Assembly (NCBI GenBank): GCA_011174845.1
Contig: DUEW01000102.1
Span: 2,989 to 66,988 of the forward strand
Reading direction: 5' to 3'
DNA from: Anaerolineae bacterium
GTDB lineage: Bacteria; Chloroflexota; Anaerolineae; Anaerolineales; E44-bin32
DNA: 64,000 nt
Part shown: positions 39,701 to 47,438 of the stretch, piece after piece
How the letters are laid out: every line of letters starts with the position of its first letter
Numbering within the stretch: the first letter of the stretch is position 1
Position numbers and translations under genes: made by a program
Notes under the pieces: model-generated
Told to the model about the DNA's origin: nothing
The model's input: the letters and a program-made list of their open reading frames with translations, nothing else
Databases searched by the model: none

Positions 39701-40175
39701 ACGCGTCGTCGTCTTTGATGCACAGGGAAATGCATTAGGTGAATTCGGAGGTTTTGGTCTCGACCTAGGAGGGTTAGACGAGCCAGTTGGTTTGGGAATA
39801 GATGATCAGGGACGAGTCTACGTTGCTGACACATGGAACCAACGTATACAGATCTTCGAGGAACGAGGAGAAGCAGCCTTTGCTGCAATCGCAGAATGGC
39901 CGGTAGGAGGCTGGATTGGCCAGTCGCTCGAGAATAAACCTTATCTTGCAGTGGGTGCTGACGGCATGGTTTGTACAACGGACCCTGAGAGTATTCGCGT
40001 GTTGTGTTTCGATGCTGATGGGGAATTCCTATTGGGTTGGGGTGAATATGGCTTTGATATCTGGCAATTTGGCATGCCCGTCGGTATAGCATTTGACCCC
40101 TCTTGCTCTGTCTGGGTTACAGATAGCACAAACGATCGGATCATGTTCTTTGAGCTTGAGTTGTGTGAAGAATAA
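36798..40175 (+). CDS. GT39/ArnT-like (TIGR03663-type) polytopic membrane glycosyltransferase fused to a C-terminal NHL-repeat beta-propeller
   Basis: AGGAG RBS before ATG 36798. The N-terminal ~600 aa have more than 12 TM helices with the early HDE..H.YFSW motif. The C-terminal ~330 aa carry five units of the type Y[VI]ADT.NHRIQ.F. Confidence 0.75.
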   Translation: MDEQESLNQPSTRWLDQVLGSKVQINREVFIYLLLIVLAILTRFIGLEHRVMSHDENTHVYFSWLLEQGRGYSHDPLSHGPLQFHLVALSYFLFGDNDATARFPAALFGVLAVGFVWLFRRWLGRTGAIVAAVLMLISPYMLFYSRYVRNEALVVPLVMATVWAITRYVETRESKWLYVLAVSLSLHFATKETSFIFTAQVLLFLGVLLAWQLINEKWSRNNLRLTFLAGFVLTALGSLVAAITYLQARGAETELSSELIEAGANLPGVVLSPVITFGGILAFLGLILIGFALILEFGRRLRTDFPLLDLVIVLATMTLPQLAALPATLMGWDPLAYNDPEAFRSTAWTVVVLVGISIAIGMAWRWREWLIIAGTFFVPFIVLFTTFFTNGQGVATGLVGSLGYWLVQHTVERGSQPHYYYLLIQIPIYEFLPAIGSLIAVGIGVSTWRSKKGPGTTELQIPDPQPQSLDRSTFPLLIFICYWALTSLVGYSYAGERMPWITVHIALPMILLAGWGIGKFLDSIDWRELQKANGWIVAGLLLFLLLSALSTFGSLFGPNPPFQGTEIGQLNNTAGFLAALGVAIACAIGLVKMAQGWPFSRLSKMVGVLFLTLLALVTVRAAFRAAYINYDYPTEFLVYAHSARGPKTALEQIEDLSIRTTGHLDIMVAYDNETTYPFWWYLRNYKNALYYGASPSRDLLNYPVILAGDPNWSKIDSFLEDRYYSFEYHRIWWPMQDYYNLTWERIREMLTSAKYRGALWDIWFDRDYTAYGDVTGRDYSLENWSPSNRMKLYVRKDIASLVWDYGIAPVILEPEEFVDPYVDQLQIINADLTFGQSGSAPGQFSRPRGIAVAPDGSIYVADTNNHRIQHLSSNGELISVWGQYANIEEGDAPAGTFNEPWGIDVAPDGTVYVADTWNHRIQHFTSDGQFLGMFGYFGQAGAPDAFWGPRDVAVDSRGRLFVTDTGNKRVVVFDAQGNALGEFGGFGLDLGGLDEPVGLGIDDQGRVYVADTWNQRIQIFEERGEAAFAAIAEWPVGGWIGQSLENKPYLAVGADGMVCTTDPESIRVLCFDADGEFLLGWGEYGFDIWQFGMPVGIAFDPSCSVWVTDSTNDRIMFFELELCEE

Positions 40176-40254
40176 ATCACAACGCTGTGTTGTGTAAATA
40201 CTATCTTCCCTCATAATTAAAATCAGATAGGGGAGCGGTTGGCTCGTCCCTGCC

Positions 40255-40278
40255 TCAGGGGTAGGGATCTACCCCTGA
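40255..40278 (+). terminator. Stem-loop downstream of the GT39-NHL gene
   Basis: tcaggggta-gggatc-tacccctga is a 9-bp perfect stem about 80 nt after the stop. There is no strong U-tract. Confidence 0.35.
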
Positions 40279-40717
40279 ATTGATTAGAATCAGATCTCCT
40301 GAGATCGATGGAGATCTGGCTTCTTCGCAACCATTCACCTTAGAACCACTATCTTTTTCGTAAGGAACTTAATAGGTGACTGCCGATGTGAGCCCTCGAT
40401 TGGCTTATTCTAAATTGTGTAGAGAGTCCCTCGATCTCCAGCGGTATTCAACGGGCAACCCTTTTTCCAGCATCTCCTAATAGATCTGCGTCTTTTGGCT
40501 TAAGCTTGGGTGTTAATTCGATACACGTTGGCAAACCGATTTACTAGAAGATGAATCAGAGTTCTGTGTACATGAACAACACGTGTCGCCTTCGTTTGAA
40601 CTACGACACAGGTGCTATTTGTATACTTTTAAGAAGTTAAAAAGCCTTTCGTGGGACTTCAATGTGGCTTGAGTCATAACCTTCTTATAAACTAATTACG
40701 GTTCTTGGAGGTAAGAA

Positions 40718-41461
40718 ATGACCACTGGCATCGGACAAGAATTTATCAAGAGGACAAAATATAGATATTTGGGACCGTCGGATCAAGAAAGAAGGTTACC
40801 TCAACCGCCAATGGAGAAGGCGTTTGAGGAGGAGGGTGAATGGATCCGTCTCCCGGATCCGGGGGAAGAAGCTCCGGACTTGAAGGAGATTATCGATGGC
40901 CGAACGAGCGTCCGTAACTACACAGATGCTCCGATTTCCCTTCAGGATCTCTCATACTTACTTTGGTGTACGCAGGGTGTGAAGGAAGTGGCAGGTGCTC
41001 AAGCGACGCTCCGGACGGTCCCATCTGCTGGTGCGAGGCATGCTATTGAGACGTATCTTCTTGTCAACCGGGTTTATGGTCTACCTCCGGGACTTTACCA
41101 ATATCGATCCCTGGAACATCAACTACAAGAATTCACTTTGTATGACGGGATCGCGGACATGATTCTAGAAGCAGGCCTCAAACAGCGCCATATTACAGGA
41201 AGTGCGGTTACCTTCATTTGGGCTGCTACGGCTTATCGAATGACGTGGAGATATGGCGAGCGAGGATATCGATATCTCTTCCTTGATGTTGGGCACGTTT
41301 GCCAAAACTTATATCTAGCAGCTGAATCAATTGGATGTGGTGTCTGTGCCATAGCGGCATTTGATGATGATCGGATGAACGAACTTCTCCATTTAGATGG
41401 GAAAGAAGAGTTTGTCCTCTATCTCGCGACATTAGGGGCGAAAGTTCAAGGGCTAAAGTAA
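40718..41461 (+). CDS. SagB/ThcOx-type nitroreductase-fold dehydrogenase
   Basis: R.S.R.Y......L..L..LLW...G, PSAGARH..E.Y, and late RY.....D.GH..QNLYL....G.G.C.I..F are diagnostic of the SagB-type domain. Confidence 0.75.
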   Translation: MTTGIGQEFIKRTKYRYLGPSDQERRLPQPPMEKAFEEEGEWIRLPDPGEEAPDLKEIIDGRTSVRNYTDAPISLQDLSYLLWCTQGVKEVAGAQATLRTVPSAGARHAIETYLLVNRVYGLPPGLYQYRSLEHQLQEFTLYDGIADMILEAGLKQRHITGSAVTFIWAATAYRMTWRYGERGYRYLFLDVGHVCQNLYLAAESIGCGVCAIAAFDDDRMNELLHLDGKEEFVLYLATLGAKVQGLK

Positions 41462-41713
41462 CACTCCCCTGTAGCCCCCAGTCTTTCTACTCGAATTGGG
41501 ATCCATTTCTTAGGCCTTGCTACGCGACCATATCGAAGTGCAAGATGAGGAACCGGTCTTAACCTCCAATGTTGCGCATAGCCAAACAAATGTGCTCATG
41601 CTGTCACAAAAGCGATCGAAGTTCAGGTATAAGATAGTGAAAGTTTGATGGTTATCCATTACGTCTTACACATGAGGATGATAGGCCTTTAGCTTATATT
41701 CTAAACGGGAGGG

Positions 41714-42418
41714 ATGATGGACGAAAAAGGTTTCATTGAATTCATGAAAAAGAATAGACGCTCTGATAATACGATCAAGAGCTGCCTTGAATTTATTAGA
41801 GATTTCGAACGGTATTTAGCTAAGAATAAAGAGGAAAGGACCTTAGAAGAGGCAAGCCCGGAAGATCTTGAGGATTTCACATTTTGGGGACAAGAGAAGT
41901 TGAAATCAATCAACAAACATCTCTGGGGAATTCGTTTTTACTACGAGTACATCTCCAATCCTGTCATGCGAGGGGTGGCTGGTGAATTACGCAAGAAAAA
42001 GATCAGGAAGCAACCTTTAGCTCTCAAGAAACTCGTAGGAGTAAAGCCAGAACATGTTGAGAAGCTCCTCGCGATTGGAATTAAGGACGTACATGAGATG
42101 ATTCAGGCCGGGCGTACAAAAAGGGAGCGAGAAACGCTCTCCAAGAAGAGTGGTGTACCTCTTGATGGGATTATGGAGTTGGTGAGGCTTTCGGATCTTG
42201 CGCGTATTCCAGGTGTGAAGAGTATCCGTGCCAGATTATATTATGAGGCAGGTGTGGACAGCATCGAGAAGCTCTCGGCGTGGGATCCAGAAGAGCTCAG
42301 GGCAATGTTGGTAGATTTTGTTGAAGAAACCTCTTTTGATGGAATTGCGCCCTGGCTGAAGGAAGCTGAGTTCACGGTTGAATTCGCCAGGAAATTGCCA
42401 CGGATAGTTGAATATTAG
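41714..42418 (+). CDS. DUF4332 (helix-hairpin-helix) protein with an integrase SAM-like N-terminal domain
   Basis: The N-terminus (F..FM......S.NTIKSCLEFIRDFERYL) resembles the phage-integrase N-terminal core-binding domain. The C-terminal half has DL.RIPGV......LYYEAGV.S...L. No catalytic RHRY domain is present. Confidence 0.55.
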   Translation: MMDEKGFIEFMKKNRRSDNTIKSCLEFIRDFERYLAKNKEERTLEEASPEDLEDFTFWGQEKLKSINKHLWGIRFYYEYISNPVMRGVAGELRKKKIRKQPLALKKLVGVKPEHVEKLLAIGIKDVHEMIQAGRTKRERETLSKKSGVPLDGIMELVRLSDLARIPGVKSIRARLYYEAGVDSIEKLSAWDPEELRAMLVDFVEETSFDGIAPWLKEAEFTVEFARKLPRIVEY

Positions 42419-42530
42419 TGGTCAGTCGACATGGTCGTGATGAACATCAGGAGGACATCCATAGGAGATGGTTCTACATATCCAGCAGAGACGGTTTCCA
42501 TGCTTGTCCTGAACCTGGTCGACGGAGTGT

Positions 42531-42613
42531 TCGAATGACATTTGTCTTGGAGTGTCATCCTGAGCCCCTCGACTTCGCTCGGGACAAGCTCCGCGAAGGA
42601 TCTCGTTTTCCGA
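42531..42613. repeat. Palindromic intergenic element, subfamily 1 (second copy)
   Basis: tcgaatgacatttgtcttggagtgtcatcctgagcccctcgac...gggacaagctccgcgaaggatctcgtttt aligns with 33838-33941. Confidence 0.65.
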
Positions 42614-42670
42614 ATTGCAAACTCTCTCTTTCCCAACAACGAGTTTCTCACCCTTCGGGTACGATATCGT

Positions 42671-43100
42671 CGCGCCTGACGCCTGTCCTGAGCGTGTCGA
42701 AGGGGCGCTCAGAATGACAACCTCCCGTATGTCATTCCAAGGAGCCCTGCGACGAGGAATCCCTATGATGACACTTTTAGATTCGCAACACTATAGGGAT
42801 TCTTCGCGCCTGACGGCGCTCAGGATGACAACCTCCCGTATATCATTCAGAGGAGCCTTGCGACGAGGAATCTCTATGATGACACTTTTAAATTCGCAAC
42901 ACTATAGGGATTCTTCGCGCCTGACGCCTATCCTGAGCGTGTCGAAGGGGCGCTCAGAATGACAACCTCCCGTATGTCATTCCGAGGAGCCCTGCGACGA
43001 GGAATCCCTATGATGACACTTTTAGATTCGCAACACTATAGGGATTCTTCGCGCCTGACGGCGCTCAGGATGACATCTATTAGGGGATGTCATCCTGAGA
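42671..43100. repeat. Tandem array of nested-palindrome units (134 + 111 + 134 nt plus a terminal partial unit)
   Basis: Unit boundaries at the cgcgcctgacg motif: 42671, 42805, 42916 and 43050. Units 1 and 3 differ at 2 positions by eye. Unit 2 lacks a 23-nt segment. Each unit has arms gtcattccgagg/ctcaggatgac and gaggaatccctat/atagggattcttc. Confidence 0.85.
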
Positions 43101-43187
43101 GAAAACGAGTTAAAAAGGAATCCACGATGTCAATGGGGGTAGCTGGGCTACAGCACGTCATGGATAAACCGTTACAAGGAGGCGATC

Positions 43188-43940
43188 ATGCACGGTGTAT
43201 CGGTGATCAAGGAGGATGGCATCGCGACGGTCCTCCTGAGCAGAGGGAAAGTAAACGCATTGAATGAGCCCTTGGTTGAGCAGTTCTACGACAATTTGGT
43301 AAACATAGAAAAGGATGAGACGATCGGAGCTATCCTTCTGACAGGTAAGGGGAAATTCTTCTCTTTTGGGTTCGATGTCCCCGAGTTCCTGGCGTATTCA
43401 AGGGATGAGTTCGAAAGGTTCTTGCGCAAATTTACTGACCTGTACCGTTACTTATTTCTTTACCCCAAGCCCACTGTCGCGGCATTAAATGGACATACGA
43501 TCGCTGGTGGGTGCATGATTGCTACGGCTTGTGACCACAGGTTGATGGTATCAGGAAAGGCGAAGATCTCTCTCAATGAGATCAGCTTTGGTGCCTCTGT
43601 TACGGCAGGAGCTGTTGAGATGCTGACGTACTGTATCGGTCACAGAAAGGCGCAGGATGTTCTTTTTTCTGGTGCAATGTTCACCCCCGAGGAAGCGTGC
43701 CAAATAGGGTTGATCGATCAAATCATAGAGGAAGATAAGCTGTTGGAGGCGTCAAAGTTAATAGCTCAAGACTACATTAACAAGGATTTGGTGGCTTTTG
43801 CAAGCATAAAAAAGTGGTTAAAAGGTCCTGCGGTTGAAAGGATGCAGCAGAGGGAAGCAGATTCGATCAAGGAATTTGCGCGCATCTGGTATTCTGAAAA
43901 TACTTGGAAGAATCTACAAGCCATTGTCATCCGGGATTAG
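43188..43940 (+). CDS. Enoyl-CoA hydratase/isomerase (crotonase) family protein
   Basis: KVNALN, LTGKGKFFSFGFD, and oxyanion region ALNGHTIAGGCMIA..CD.R. Confidence 0.85.
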   Translation: MHGVSVIKEDGIATVLLSRGKVNALNEPLVEQFYDNLVNIEKDETIGAILLTGKGKFFSFGFDVPEFLAYSRDEFERFLRKFTDLYRYLFLYPKPTVAALNGHTIAGGCMIATACDHRLMVSGKAKISLNEISFGASVTAGAVEMLTYCIGHRKAQDVLFSGAMFTPEEACQIGLIDQIIEEDKLLEASKLIAQDYINKDLVAFASIKKWLKGPAVERMQQREADSIKEFARIWYSENTWKNLQAIVIRD

Positions 43941-43978
43941 GAAAGCTTCATCTCAGCAAGTGGTAAACGGAGGACAAG

Positions 43979-44614
43979 ATGCCGACCGAATCAGCCTTGG
44001 AGGCGTTGAAGATACTGCGTGATGGAAGTCTTTTCCAATGGTACGTTATCCCTCTATTTGCCCTTGTGGTCTATGTTTACGCCGTTGAAGTTGAAAGACG
44101 CAATTGGGACATGTTGTTTGCTGGGTTAGCATTCTGGGGCATGGATTGGTTTAACGAAATATGGAACGGGCTTGTATTCCACTTCACTCAATATGCACCG
44201 GTATGGGGAGTTCCAGGAAAGACAGCTTACCTCATCCTGATCGGGTTAAATATTGAAATTTGCTTTATGTTCGCCATCGCAGGCGTTGGTTTCGCGAAAC
44301 TTCTCCCTAAAGATAAGCGAATGAAGATTCTGGGTCTGCCAAATCGATTGTTTATGGCTATTTCAGGATCCGCCTTTTGTGTTTTTGTGGAGGTTTTGTT
44401 GAACTCTATTGGTGCGCTTACCTGGGATTACCCATGGTGGAGCGCTGGTGCACCTTGGTTGATTTTTGTCTTTGGTTATTTACACTTCTTCCTCATTTCG
44501 TTCTGGGTATTCGATATGGAGACCATAAAGCGTAAAGTGATGACCGTCGCGGTCATTTATGTTGTGGATATCGCCTTCCTGATCATCTTTTTGGGAATTC
44601 TCAAGTGGATATAA
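43979..44614 (+). CDS. Integral membrane protein, unknown function
   Basis: About 6 TM helices and Trp-rich loops. No recognisable motif. Lies 38 nt after the crotonase gene. Confidence 0.5.
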   Translation: MPTESALEALKILRDGSLFQWYVIPLFALVVYVYAVEVERRNWDMLFAGLAFWGMDWFNEIWNGLVFHFTQYAPVWGVPGKTAYLILIGLNIEICFMFAIAGVGFAKLLPKDKRMKILGLPNRLFMAISGSAFCVFVEVLLNSIGALTWDYPWWSAGAPWLIFVFGYLHFFLISFWVFDMETIKRKVMTVAVIYVVDIAFLIIFLGILKWI

Positions 44615-44764
44615 CGGGGGATCCTTTCTCATAAACATAGATGTCTTCGTTATCCATTACGGCTCTGTTTTGGTAGATTTCCTAGAATACCTGTGAAAAA
44701 TGGACATAAAGTCCTTATTTTGAAATTCTCGAAAGTACAATCTGAATGGATCTCATTTGCCCTC

Positions 44765-44859
44765 ATGTCATTCCGAGGCGTTTTACGCTGAGGAATCCCT
44801 GGGATGAAGCTTATAAATAAGCCTGTCATAGGGATTCCTCACTATGCTCGGAATGACAT
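44765..44859. repeat. 95-nt nested perfect palindrome (subfamily 2, solo copy)
   Basis: Outer arms atgtcattccgag/ctcggaatgacat are 13 bp and perfect. Inner arms gaggaatccct/agggattcctc are 11 bp and perfect. The arm sequences match the 42.7-43.1 kb array. Confidence 0.8.
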
Positions 44860-45085
44860 TTAGGATACGCATAGCTGTGAATTCGATCGGAGTGACCTTC
44901 ACAGTGAGCTCAAATGAAAGCTCTCAGTCTTAGGTTTGAACCTTCACGGGAGCTGGCTCTGCTTTGTTAGAGCCCGATCGTACTGAGAAATCTTTGATCC
45001 CACACTTTATAAGCGGGAATCATTCCTTATTAAATTACGTATGGAAATTCACTCGTTAATAAATGAGAATTCTAGGAGGTCGAGC

Positions 45086-45352
45086 ATGATTACAGTTCAG
45101 AAGATCAATAACACCACCTTTGAGGTTACCGTAGAAGGTCGAATGGTGACGAAACATAAAGTCACAGTGACTCCAGCGTATTATGAGAAGCTAACCGGCG
45201 GTCAGGTACCAGCGGAAGTATTGGTCGAGAGGTCTTTTGAATTTCTCCTCGCTCGTGAGCCCAATACCAGCATCCTCAGGAGCTTCGATCTGCCTGTCAT
45301 TGGACGATACTTCCCAGAGTATGAACGCGTCATCCGCGAGATGCTGGAGTAA
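45086..45352 (+). CDS. Small hypothetical protein (88 aa)
   Basis: TAGGAGG RBS before ATG 45086. Balanced composition. No recognisable motif. Confidence 0.5.
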   Translation: MITVQKINNTTFEVTVEGRMVTKHKVTVTPAYYEKLTGGQVPAEVLVERSFEFLLAREPNTSILRSFDLPVIGRYFPEYERVIREMLE

Positions 45353-45424
45353 GCTATTCGTTTTCTGTACATCCAGCGCCGTTGTTTTGTGTTAAGTAAA
45401 TGAATCGAAGGAGTTAATCCCGCT

Positions 45425-46360
45425 ATGTCTCGTTACAAGATTGTTGTTAATCCGGTTTCCGGCAGAGGTGCTGGAGAAAGTGCCATTCCTCACCTCGATC
45501 ATCAACTTCGAGAATATGGCCTGGATTTTGACCTTGTGGCAACTGAGCGTCCTTGGCACGCTGTTGAACTTGCACAGAAAGCTGTAGCGGATGGTTACAA
45601 TGTCGTCGTCGCTGTCGGCGGCGATGGGACCGCTAACGAAGTGCTTAATGGGTTGATGCTTGCGAAAAAGGCTGGGGTAGGTGAGGCAGTCTTGGGTTTG
45701 GTTGGTGTTGGTCGTGGAAACGATCTCGCCTTTGGGATGGGTGTGCCGAGTGGACTGGATATAGGCCACCAAATCCTATACCAAGACAACCGGAGAACAG
45801 TTGATGTTGGGCTCGTTAAGGGAGGCATGTTTCCTGAGGGTCGTTACTTTGGCAACGGGGTTGGTATCGGCTTCGACGCTGTGGTCGGTTTTGAAGCCTT
45901 AAAAATGAAGCGAATTCATGGTTTCTTGAATTATTTCTTGGCTGCCCTAAAGACGATATTTTTGTATTATCAGGCTCCTTTGGTCAGGATTGAATATAAC
46001 GATAAGATCATTGACCAACTTTCTCTGTTGGTGTCCATCATGAATGGACGGAGGATGGGTGGTGGATTTTGGATGGCACCAGAGGCGGAGATCGACGATG
46101 GTCTCTTTGATCTGTGCATCGGTGGTCAGCTTAGTAAGCTAGGGATTCTGGCTCTCATCCCGCGCTTCATGCAAGGAACGCAAGCCTCACATCCTGCAGT
46201 GCAAACCGGGCGGACAAATAAAATAGAAGTCACGGCTCAAGAGGGCATTTTGCCTGCTCACGCAGACGGTGAAACGATCTGTACAGAAGGGAAACAGCTC
46301 ATCGTGGAATTGCTGGCGGGCGAGATTGAAGTGATCTGTCAATCGCAGGATGGAGTGTGA
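45425..46360 (+). CDS. Diacylglycerol kinase-family lipid kinase (YegS/BmrU type)
   Basis: N-terminal K.VVNP.SGRG, nucleotide motif VVAVGGDGTANEV, and a C-terminal DGE segment. Confidence 0.8.
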   Translation: MSRYKIVVNPVSGRGAGESAIPHLDHQLREYGLDFDLVATERPWHAVELAQKAVADGYNVVVAVGGDGTANEVLNGLMLAKKAGVGEAVLGLVGVGRGNDLAFGMGVPSGLDIGHQILYQDNRRTVDVGLVKGGMFPEGRYFGNGVGIGFDAVVGFEALKMKRIHGFLNYFLAALKTIFLYYQAPLVRIEYNDKIIDQLSLLVSIMNGRRMGGGFWMAPEAEIDDGLFDLCIGGQLSKLGILALIPRFMQGTQASHPAVQTGRTNKIEVTAQEGILPAHADGETICTEGKQLIVELLAGEIEVICQSQDGV

Positions 46361-47064
46361 TGACGATCGCCAAGAAGGTGGTGAATTACACTTTCAATCG
46401 GCTAACATCTCTCTTTTGCAGAATAAACGCTGACCAATTGGCGCTGGTGCCGACAGAAGGTCCACTCATTGTCGTCGCCAATCACGTCAACTTCTTAGAG
46501 GTTCCAGTTCTTGTCACCCGATTGGGCTCTCGATCGGTGACGGGATTCGCGAAAATTGAGACGTGGGATAATCCGGTCCTGGGTTACATTTTTGATTTAT
46601 GGGAGATTATTCCGATTCAACGCGGGGAAGCGGATGTAGGTGCGCTTCGTGAAGGACTACGAGCCCTGAGGGCGGGAAAGATCCTGGCTATTGCACCAGA
46701 GGGCACGCGCAGTGGCCACGGTCGTTTACAACGAGGTCATCCAGGTGTGGTATTGATTGCCCTACGTAGCGGCGCACCACTCCTCCCGCTGGCTTATTAT
46801 GGAGGCGAAGAGATATGGCAGAATCTATCTCGTCTGAGACGGACGAATTTTAATGTCCTTGTTGGGAGGCCGTTCTATCTAAGTGCAGAAGGCGTCAAAG
46901 TGACACAAGCAGTACGACAACAGATGACAGATGAGATCATGTGGCAATTGGCCGCGCTTTTACCAGCAGCATACCGTGGTCATTACGCGAATTTATCAAA
47001 AGCCACAGAAGATTACCTACGTTTTCCACCGACATCAGAAAGCAATCTGCTCTTGGCGATGTGA
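46357..47064 (+). CDS. plsC: 1-acyl-sn-glycerol-3-phosphate acyltransferase (PlsC family)
   Basis: Start overlaps the kinase stop. Acyltransferase blocks ANHVNFLEVP (H-x4-acidic) and IAPEGTRS. Confidence 0.8.
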   Translation: MMTIAKKVVNYTFNRLTSLFCRINADQLALVPTEGPLIVVANHVNFLEVPVLVTRLGSRSVTGFAKIETWDNPVLGYIFDLWEIIPIQRGEADVGALREGLRALRAGKILAIAPEGTRSGHGRLQRGHPGVVLIALRSGAPLLPLAYYGGEEIWQNLSRLRRTNFNVLVGRPFYLSAEGVKVTQAVRQQMTDEIMWQLAALLPAAYRGHYANLSKATEDYLRFPPTSESNLLLAM

Positions 47065-47279
47065 TAAGAGCAATACCTATCAGTCTTCATCTGTAGTTGT
47101 AGACTTTAGCCTACGTATCTTTGCAGGCAGTAGAGGCGGTGGTCGACGGTCAGGCTTCGCCGTGAGCTAAGCCGAACGGCGTGGGAGCCTGACCTGCTTG
47201 AAAAGTAATGTACACCCTAACGAGTGCGGCCTCATTGGATTTCACTTCCTCGAGAGGATGCTTGTAACCCAAGACCATC

Positions 47280-47307
47280 GTAGGGGCGACAGGCCTGTCG
47301 CCCCTAC
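47280..47307. terminator. GC-rich perfect palindrome between convergent plsC and phnE
   Basis: gtaggggcgacagg/cctgtcgcccctac is a 28-nt perfect palindrome. A second imperfect hairpin (ggtcaggct...agcctgacc) lies at about 47147-47193. Confidence 0.5.
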
Positions 47308-47438
47308 ATCGCTAATTCGTAGTTACCTCTAGTTATAAGAGCACTAATTAAACTTACTTTATGTGTTATCCAGGATGATCTCTTTTATCGTGATCGCTTG
47401 TGAAACGATCTCAGCATGTACGAGAACGACTATGATCG

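Noticed and set aside
40572-40640. 22-aa two-Cys ORF (MNNTCRLRLNYDTGAICILLRS) upstream of the SagB-type dehydrogenase as a RiPP/TOMM precursor
   Set aside because: No Shine-Dalgarno sequence precedes it. No YcaO or cyclodehydratase, protease or transporter gene is nearby. The peptide is not Cys/Ser/Thr-rich. The stretch overlaps a simple hairpin (gtgtcg...cgacac). The SagB homologue appears to be an orphan.
42671-43100. CRISPR array interpretation of the tandem repeats
   Set aside because: The units are contiguous with no unique spacers and are 111-134 nt long, far longer than CRISPR repeats. No cas genes are in the window.
42418-43267. Three overlapping or abutting + strand ORFs (99, 115 and 102 aa) across the intergenic array
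   Set aside because: Their sequences are just translations of the tandem repeat (RMTTSRMSF.GALRRGIPMMTLLDSQHYRDSSRLT repeated). They have no RBS and Arg/Ser-rich junk composition, and the frame is kept only because the summed lengths of adjacent units (134+111 nt) are divisible by 3. I treated them as non-coding repeat DNA.
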